A stretch of 52,898 bases of DNA, from positions 1-52,898 of the IMG/VR virus record IMGVR_UViG_3300025030_000139. One strand, 5' to 3'. The position numbers and the translations under genes are program-made. The notes beneath the pieces are model-generated. The model saw only the letters and a list, made by a program, of their open reading frames with translations, made no database searches and was not told where the DNA came from. Shown here in pieces: positions 46,646-52,898 of the stretch (position 1 is the first letter of the stretch; every line of letters begins with the position of its first letter). The DNA comes from a virus (lineage: Duplodnaviria; Caudoviricetes).

Positions 46646-47281
46646 TCATTGCGGTAATTTGATCCACAACAGCGGATCGACCGCGCCTTTCAGCGCTAAT
46701 CCGCAGCCGCGCGGGACGGTCGACACTGCACTGTCCAGCACGGTAATATGCAGGTGAGGCGCGGTGCTGTTGCCGCTCTTCAATTTGTCTTTTTTATCTC
46801 CGCCCGATGCGCCGATGACCTGACCCTGTTTCACGATCTGCCCGCTGCTAACATCTGCCCGGCTAAGATGAGCATAGCACGTCTTAATTGTTCTCCCTTG
46901 GAATTCGTGTCTGATCCAGATACGCAGACCGTAATCCTTGCCGATGCGCGCATCTTCCACGATGCCATCATACATACAATGCACGGTGCGTCCTACCGTC
47001 GCGGAAAAATCGATCCCTTCGTGATCGAACGTTGGCCTCTGCTCGCCAAATCGAGACGTGATCCTGAGTGGATAATCTGCCAGTGGGTAAATGAAAGGCA
47101 GCGCTATAACGGGCGGCTGTGCTGGAATTCCCGCCCGGGCCTGCGCATAAGCATCCAGCATCTCGTCAATTTGCGTATTCGCCATCCGCTTGAACTCCAG
47201 CAGCAGATTGCCCAGCCGGACGAACTCCCCTTCATCGCCCATCGATCCCTGTCTACTTGTTTCCTTGTTTGCTTCATTCAT
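46646..47281 (-). CDS. M23 metallopeptidase, probable endolysin
   Basis: HEGIDF, YAHL and GNSTAPHLH motifs. Confidence 0.9.
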   Translation of the reverse strand: MNEANKETSRQGSMGDEGEFVRLGNLLLEFKRMANTQIDEMLDAYAQARAGIPAQPPVIALPFIYPLADYPLRITSRFGEQRPTFDHEGIDFSATVGRTVHCMYDGIVEDARIGKDYGLRIWIRHEFQGRTIKTCYAHLSRADVSSGQIVKQGQVIGASGGDKKDKLKSGNSTAPHLHITVLDSAVSTVPRGCGLALKGAVDPLLWIKLPQ

Positions 47282-47289
47282 CGCAAGCC

Positions 47290-47718
47290 TCACTTTTCTA
47301 TCAACTGATTCAACTTCACCCACCCCACCATCGGATCGATCACCTGCCCCCACCCGACGTATCTCTCGTCCACCTCCACCCGGATCGGCGCCAGATACCC
47401 GATCTGCCCGACGACCGGCTCATTCTCGTCCGGCGCCTGATACACCTTCAACGTCGGCTTCATCGCCGCCAGGTATGTTTTCGCCTCGCGTGTCGGCGGG
47501 GGTGGCGGCGTCACCGGCGGGGGTGGCGGAGGGGGCGGCGTCACCGGAGGAGGGGGTGGCGGCGCCGGAGGGGGCTGAGGCAGCGTTTCGGACATCATCA
47601 CGGCCACCTGCGCAAAATCGCACTCGATGATCACGTGATTTCGGTCCTTCACCCTCGACGATAAATGCACCAAATGAATCGTCGCCCCGTCTGGATTCCC
47701 GATCGTCACCGTTTTCAT
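47290..47718 (-). CDS. Pro-rich protein with a C-terminal SH3b-like domain
   Basis: Poly-Pro linker; LKVYQAP...VVGQ...WGQV...GWV. Confidence 0.6.
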   Translation of the reverse strand: MKTVTIGNPDGATIHLVHLSSRVKDRNHVIIECDFAQVAVMMSETLPQPPPAPPPPPPVTPPPPPPPPVTPPPPPTREAKTYLAAMKPTLKVYQAPDENEPVVGQIGYLAPIRVEVDERYVGWGQVIDPMVGWVKLNQLIEK

Positions 47719-47735
47719 TGTGCTCCTAAGCCTAA

Positions 47736-48578
47736 TTAGCTATGCAGCCTCTCCCCTCTCCTCGTAGGAGAGGGGCCGGGGGTGAGGTGTCGTTCCCGCG
47801 TAGAGGTGAAGGTCATTTTTACCCCCGCCACCACTCCGCACATCCCCATCATCCACCACTGCCCCAACCAGGCCTCCGCCAGCCAGGCCAGCCACGATAC
47901 TGGAATCATCCATGCCGTCATCCCCGCCAGCAGCGTATAGTCATACGATCGGATAGCCGGGTTGAATGAGGTTACTGCCGTCACCCAATGCCAGCGCCGC
48001 GTCAGCGTCAGCGCCGCCACCACGCCAAACACCGCCACCGGCGCCACCGTCAACACTGCATTTGTCGCGCTGATAATCCGATCATCTGCCAGCACATTCC
48101 GCGCCCACAGCCCGATCCACTGCGGATACACGATCGTCGGCACGCCATAGATCAGCAGCACCAGCGCCGCCGTTTTTTTAAGCAGCGTGCGGTCGCTCAG
48201 CAATTGCGGTATCGCCAAAATGAACAATTGCGGCTTGAGCGATAGCAGTGCCAGGCTCCAAAATGTCCCCATCCGCCAACACGCCAGCAGCACAATATCG
48301 ATCTGGCCCAGCGCCAGCGTCTGCAGGATTGGCACATACCATATCCACCCCAGCGCCCGCCGCTTGAACATGATTACCAGCAGCACCGCCGATCCAACCA
48401 GCAGCGCAATCAACCCGACTTCTGGCGGAAATACGGCCAGCACCGCGAAGAACATCACCATCGGCAGCGGATACAGCGCCAGCGCCGAATAATGCCCCTG
48501 CCAAAACTCTTGCCCGATCCGGTAAAATATCGCGTAATCCGAGAACATGAAACAATCCCCATCTCCTGGTGGGATCAC
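47736..48578 (-). CDS. GT-C membrane glycosyltransferase (GT87/DUF2029-like)
   Basis: DYAIFY, YP.P, LGQID and LKPQL motifs; many TM segments. Confidence 0.7.
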   Translation of the reverse strand: MIPPGDGDCFMFSDYAIFYRIGQEFWQGHYSALALYPLPMVMFFAVLAVFPPEVGLIALLVGSAVLLVIMFKRRALGWIWYVPILQTLALGQIDIVLLACWRMGTFWSLALLSLKPQLFILAIPQLLSDRTLLKKTAALVLLIYGVPTIVYPQWIGLWARNVLADDRIISATNAVLTVAPVAVFGVVAALTLTRRWHWVTAVTSFNPAIRSYDYTLLAGMTAWMIPVSWLAWLAEAWLGQWWMMGMCGVVAGVKMTFTSTRERHLTPGPSPTRRGERLHS

Positions 48579-48826
48579 CCCGTCATCTGCGCCGGCGGCC
48601 CCTGCACCCGCCCGCTCGGCAGCGGCTGATACTCCACCATCACCCCGATCGCCGTCACGCGCATGTAGGGAATGCGATGGTACTCCACCATCGCCCCGAT
48701 CGCCGTCGCGCGCTGCACCGTCGATCCGCCATACTCCACCATTCCATCCAGCGACGTCGCGCGCTGCACCGTCGATCCGCCGTATTCGACTTCGGCCTGT
48801 ACCGCGGTAACTCGTTTGATGCTCAT
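48575..48826 (-). CDS. Small virion-module protein with four 17-aa repeats
   Basis: R(V/A)T...(M/E)VEY repeats; DNA repeats at about 48630-48790. Confidence 0.65.
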   Translation of the reverse strand: MSIKRVTAVQAEVEYGGSTVQRATSLDGMVEYGGSTVQRATAIGAMVEYHRIPYMRVTAIGVMVEYQPLPSGRVQGPPAQMTG

Positions 48827-49800
48827 GGCATCTTCACGCCGACTTGCAGCGCGTCCAACTCGCCCTGTGTCCAGGCCACGCTGGTGTTAGGGTTCGTGCG
48901 GTATTCATCCCCGACATAGCGCCCATACGAAGTCAGTTGTTGCTGACTGGCCGACCAATACGCGACGCTGTTCGTCTTCACCCCGAACTGCAACACGTCG
49001 CCCGCCGCGGTTTCCTCGCGCGTGCGCGCCTCGGCGTACACCCGTTTGATGACGTGGTTGGCCGGAATCGTGAAGGTCGTCGTGTTGTACAGGTCGACAT
49101 AGCCTGAAACATTCGCCGAATTGTAATCGGTGTCGGCGGTCGGGGGCACCTCATCAACGTTCTGCCAATTGCTCCCCGCGCTGGGTGTCCACTGGGTCGT
49201 GTCGCCCGCCGCCGACGGCGGCAGCATTACGACCTTTCCATCGCCGCACCACGAATTATCCACCCCGCCCGTCGTGTCGTTAAATGCCAGATCATCAAGA
49301 TACAATGTTCCGGTCGTGTATCCAATCAGTGCGTCAAACGTCGTATCCCCTCCGGGCTGCGTGTCCCCGGCGAACGAAACAAAGTCGACGCCGTCGATGC
49401 GCACGTCGATCGCGCCGACGGCGTCGCTGATCTTGATGTGCGTCTCCAGCAGGTAATGCGTAGTGGCCAGCAGCGAGTTCGCGCTGGTCGCGACCAGCGT
49501 TCCCGTTCCCGTGTAGATCTCCAATTTCGCCGTGGTAGAGTTCATGCGCACGCTGCCAAGAATTGTTCCGGCCTTGGTCCAGCGGATCAATTGATGCGCG
49601 ACCGCAATCGAGGTCATGTAGATTCCGCGCCGATCGTAACCCTCCGCCACGGCCGTGATATTTCTCGTCCCTGTCGCATTCGCGATGCTATAATGCCGAT
49701 TTCCGCTGCGCGGCGCCGTCGCGACGTTCGTCACGTTCCCACTGATGACGCTCCAAAATAATACATCCCCGATCTCTGCTCCGTCCGTGAATTGCCGCAT
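48823..49800 (-). CDS. Minor tail / receptor-binding beta-sandwich protein
   Basis: Thr/Gly-rich; LYLDD, NWQNVDE and PNTSVAWT..ELDALQVG motifs. Confidence 0.7.
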   Translation of the reverse strand: MRQFTDGAEIGDVLFWSVISGNVTNVATAPRSGNRHYSIANATGTRNITAVAEGYDRRGIYMTSIAVAHQLIRWTKAGTILGSVRMNSTTAKLEIYTGTGTLVATSANSLLATTHYLLETHIKISDAVGAIDVRIDGVDFVSFAGDTQPGGDTTFDALIGYTTGTLYLDDLAFNDTTGGVDNSWCGDGKVVMLPPSAAGDTTQWTPSAGSNWQNVDEVPPTADTDYNSANVSGYVDLYNTTTFTIPANHVIKRVYAEARTREETAAGDVLQFGVKTNSVAYWSASQQQLTSYGRYVGDEYRTNPNTSVAWTQGELDALQVGVKMP

Positions 49801-49809
49801 TTTATTCTC

Positions 49810-50340
49810 CTAGCTGTACACCACCGTGACCACCAGATCGCTCCCCGCCGTCCCGCTCCCCACCTGGTCGCGGTCCATCGTCAAATACGTATCGTTCGCC
49901 CACGACGGCGCTTCGATCGTCGTGCTGTTCCCCGCGTTCGCCCCGTCGGCAATCTGCGGCCGGTTGCTCTGCGTCGTGAAGATCGTCGTCCCGTTTTTGT
50001 GAATGTCGACAATGATCGCCGCGCCGACCGGCGCCGTGTTTACCTCGCAATGCACCTCGCTGATCGTCAGCGTCCGACCCGTCCGGTTCCGGATCCGGAT
50101 CGTCCCGCTGCCCACTGTCAGCGATCCCTCGATCGTAAAAATCGCCTGGCTCTTCTCCGTGATCGGCCGATAGCTTGCTGCAACCTCGCTGTCTCTCGCG
50201 ATCGACGCCGGAATATCCCCGTCCGCGATCGCCCCAAGCGCCCCCGGAATCGTATCGATCAAATCCTCGAACTGCGCCTGCGTCGGCGTGTCGCCCGTCT
50301 CAAAATAGGATTTCAGAACCGTCTTCGTCTGTGCCGTCAT
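49810..50340 (-). CDS. Minor tail / fibre-associated protein
   Basis: LKSYFETGDTPTQAQFEDLID N-terminal motif and a C-terminal beta domain. Confidence 0.7.
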   Translation of the reverse strand: MTAQTKTVLKSYFETGDTPTQAQFEDLIDTIPGALGAIADGDIPASIARDSEVAASYRPITEKSQAIFTIEGSLTVGSGTIRIRNRTGRTLTISEVHCEVNTAPVGAAIIVDIHKNGTTIFTTQSNRPQIADGANAGNSTTIEAPSWANDTYLTMDRDQVGSGTAGSDLVVTVVYS

Positions 50341-50376
50341 ATCTGCCTTCTGCCTACTGACTTCTGCCTACTGACC

Positions 50377-50940
50377 TCAGCTAATCGCATCGATCCCGCC
50401 CACGTCGCTGGCCCCCACCGTCCACACGCCCAGCGCATGCACGTAGGTGCCCGTCCGGTATGCCAGCCCGAACAAATCGAGGGTATCGTCCTCCGTGTAT
50501 GCCATGCCCTTCATCGCCCCGCTGAAAAACTGCCCGTCCTGAAACTCGCCCCGCAGCCCGGCTACCAGCTTGCACAACCCCGCCGCGAAACTCATCACCA
50601 CGTCGCCGCCGGCGGCATCCAGCGAGCGCACCTGCAGCCCGAAGTTCGGCAGCCGTTCCGCCGCGCGTCCCCTCAGACTCGTTGCCTCACTCGGCGTCGA
50701 TCCGCTCGTCGTGATCGTCCGCCCCGTCAGCGCCGCATATGCCGCCAGCGGCATCCCGCCCCCCTCGATCTCAAACTCGATCGATTCCGGCGCAGTCTCC
50801 ACCAGCAGGTTGCCTTCCACCTCCACGATCGCCGTCGTCACCACCTCTTTGAATTTGAACGCGCGCGGCGTCGGCAGCGGCCAATGTCCTCCCGCCTCGT
50901 CCAAAATCAAAACCTCATGCAACCCAAACGGCGCCGTCAC
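50377..50940 (-). CDS. Tail tube protein paralogue
   Basis: Aligns by eye to 8443..8970 (PFGL, LAAYA..TGRT.TTSGSTP.E.TSL, CKL..GL.G.F.DGQFFS). Confidence 0.85.
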   Translation of the reverse strand: MTAPFGLHEVLILDEAGGHWPLPTPRAFKFKEVVTTAIVEVEGNLLVETAPESIEFEIEGGGMPLAAYAALTGRTITTSGSTPSEATSLRGRAAERLPNFGLQVRSLDAAGGDVVMSFAAGLCKLVAGLRGEFQDGQFFSGAMKGMAYTEDDTLDLFGLAYRTGTYVHALGVWTVGASDVGGIDAIS

Positions 50941-50997
50941 CCTTCACCCTCCGATCCCTTCCCACTTCGCACTTTAGTCACTTTCCACTTTAGTCAC

Positions 50998-52599
50998 TTA
51001 CCTCACCTTCCGATCGTCCAACAGCGCCCTTCTCGCCAGGTACACCGCCAAATGATCCGGCACCCCCAGTGTCAGTCTCACCGTCTCATTGCTCGGATCA
51101 TACGACGTGCCCGTGATCAGCGATGTCAACCCCGCGCCCGAGACCCCCACCACGTCGCCCAAAAAATTCTCGATGCGCACGCGCTGCCCGGCCAGCACCC
51201 GGCACACCGGAATCTCAGGCCCGGATGCGGTGCGGATCGTCCCCTTCACCACGATCGGCGCCGTAACCCTGTACTTCGCGTCCTTGTTCGCGGCCAGCAC
51301 GCGCCGCGCGTAATTCAGCGCCGTCGCCTGGCTCGCCGTCCCGGCATCCAGCACCAGATGCTGCTCGCCGTACAACGCGATCGACGCCGCGTCTTTCAAA
51401 TTCGCGTCGTCGTCCGGCGTCAGGATGATGTTGCGGTTATTCGCGTCGTCGCGGTATTTCACGACGATCCAGTTGAACACGCTGCCGATGACCGCGCGCT
51501 TGATCTCGAAACTGCCGCTCACATTCGGCTCGTCCAGTCTCAGCGCATAATCGGTATTAGCTAATGACGGATAAGCCTGAAAGCACAGCACCGGTTTGCC
51601 GTCCGGCGTGGCCGCGCGATCGCTGCTCACGAAATACACCGCCCACGGGTTGAACGAATCATCCCCGAACGCCGCCGCCCGGACCAGGAGGCTGTTGATC
51701 GCCTCTGGCCCATCGGTCAGGAACGACTCCAGCACGAATGCATTCGTGGCGATCTTGGACTCGTCGGCGTTGATCTCGCTCAGATGTGCCCGCACATCCT
51801 GGACCACGCTTGTCGGCGTGATGCCGCCCGTCTCGCTGTACACCGTCATCCCGCTGATCCGGCCGTACACCGCCGCCGCCGGAGTCTGGCTCGCATTGCT
51901 CATAAACTGGAACTGCAGCGCCTGGCGCGGTGTGCCCAGCGTCACATCGTGCGCGCTCGGCGTGCCGTCGCTCGTGTTGTTGAACACGTTGCTCGCGCCC
52001 ACCGTATCGCGCATCCGCGTCTCCCAACTCTGCCCGCTCGTCCGGTTTTTGCTGTTCGCCACGATCCGTTTGATCGTCTCGCCCGTCGGCATCGTGTACG
52101 CAAACGCCGCCACGATGTCCCCGTTCCCCCACGTCCGCGTCTGCGGCCCCACGCTGATCCGGTTCTCCCGATCGATGTTGACCAATTGGTCGTAGTCGTC
52201 GTTCTGCGGCTGCCGCACCCACACATCCTCGCTTAGGCGGATGTCCGCCCAGACCTTGTTCCACGTGCGCGCTAACAGCGCCCCCCACTGGCCCACACCC
52301 TCCAGCACCATGCCCTGCTCGCGCTCTTCCACGCGCAGCGCAATCTCGCCGATCACGCCCTCCCACACGATCACCAGCCCGTTGAAGATGGCCATGCGCT
52401 GCATCTCGCGCACCAGCCAGGCCCGCGTCACCTCGCGCGGCGCGAAGACCCGCGCCGGTCCGTACAACCCGCCCGGATAGAACGTGCTGAAGGACTCGAT
52501 GACAGCATTCTCGATCGAGCCGTCCACGTCCAGCACCGGCGTCGTGCCGCTGCTGTAAATGACCACGCGCAAATCGTTGCCTGAAATCTGCGGCGTCAT
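50998..52599 (-). CDS. Tail-tip hub (Tal-like) protein
   Basis: VWEGVI and ASIALYG motifs; follows the distal-tail-like gene. Confidence 0.7.
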   Translation of the reverse strand: MTPQISGNDLRVVIYSSGTTPVLDVDGSIENAVIESFSTFYPGGLYGPARVFAPREVTRAWLVREMQRMAIFNGLVIVWEGVIGEIALRVEEREQGMVLEGVGQWGALLARTWNKVWADIRLSEDVWVRQPQNDDYDQLVNIDRENRISVGPQTRTWGNGDIVAAFAYTMPTGETIKRIVANSKNRTSGQSWETRMRDTVGASNVFNNTSDGTPSAHDVTLGTPRQALQFQFMSNASQTPAAAVYGRISGMTVYSETGGITPTSVVQDVRAHLSEINADESKIATNAFVLESFLTDGPEAINSLLVRAAAFGDDSFNPWAVYFVSSDRAATPDGKPVLCFQAYPSLANTDYALRLDEPNVSGSFEIKRAVIGSVFNWIVVKYRDDANNRNIILTPDDDANLKDAASIALYGEQHLVLDAGTASQATALNYARRVLAANKDAKYRVTAPIVVKGTIRTASGPEIPVCRVLAGQRVRIENFLGDVVGVSGAGLTSLITGTSYDPSNETVRLTLGVPDHLAVYLARRALLDDRKVR

Positions 52600-52898
52600 A
52601 GCAGCTCGTACCTCGGCGTGATCGTCACGCGCGTATAGTTCATCGTCTTCGTCAGCGAGAAAGCCTCGCCGATCTCACCCCGCGCCGTCAGCCAGAGATT
52701 GATGCGGTCCGGTTCTGCTTCGATTAGTGCACCTGTTGAACTCAAAAATTCTGTCAGCGTAAATCCAAAATCTGTCTCCCCGCGCGTGACGGCCCGCATC
52801 CCTTCCAGCACGATCGTTCCTCCGATTCCGCCCGACGGGGATTCGATCTTGAGCGACGGCACGCCGCCGATCAATAGGTAGTCTACCGTCACGTTCGC
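52596..52898 (-). CDS. 3' end of the tail-tip gene that starts at 2279
   Basis: In frame across the circular overlap; ends ITPRYELL. Confidence 0.8.
   Translation of the reverse strand, partial: ANVTVDYLLIGGVPSLKIESPSGGIGGTIVLEGMRAVTRGETDFGFTLTEFLSSTGALIEAEPDRINLWLTARGEIGEAFSLTKTMNYTRVTITPRYELL
52747..52898. repeat. Terminal direct repeat, right copy
   Basis: Matches 1-152 with one mismatch. Confidence 0.97.

Noticed and set aside
49792-51564. Long plus-strand ORFs such as 590 aa here, 39115..40611, 16366..17553 and 2718..3881
   Set aside because: Arg/His-rich antisense shadows of real minus-strand genes in high-GC DNA

Overview
The window is a complete temperate tailed-phage genome assembled as a circle of about 52,746 bp: bases 1-152 repeat at 52747-52898 with one mismatch. 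The host is probably Chloroflexota/Anaerolineae-like; this is an inference from the Flp pilin, the Pro/Thr-rich lipoproteins and the repeat families. A long minus-strand late operon starts near 21990 and runs through TerS, TerL, a protease-scaffold-capsid polyprotein, connectors, portal, tail genes and tape measure. It wraps across the junction into tail-tip genes, a GT87-like gene and an M23 lysis module, ending near 45400. A minus-strand early operon (41303 to 22076) carries Cro, a second tyrosine recombinase, a LexA-like HTH, a Cas4-like nuclease, an FtsK-like ATPase with membrane partners, a DnaB-N/AAA helicase with an iteron-like origin, a PRTRC-type ubiquitin-like cassette (Ubl, E2, JAB, E1), a Flp-pilin fusion and a HerA-like ATPase. 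The plus-strand lysogeny region holds CI, two lipoproteins, a NYN RNase preceded by a promoter, hairpin repeats and a terminator, an attP matching the 3' half of tRNA-Asn, and the integrase. The strongest candidates for undescribed biology are (1) about 13 dispersed dif/Xer-like TAA-N6-TTA palindromes at module boundaries alongside an orphan tyrosine recombinase, (2) a type III toxin-antitoxin-like repeat RNA plus NYN locus, (3) the phage-borne ubiquitination cassette and (4) the pilin fusion. Three strand-polarised repeat families also occur at gene junctions or inside genes. All calls come from motif reading by eye; no searches were run.
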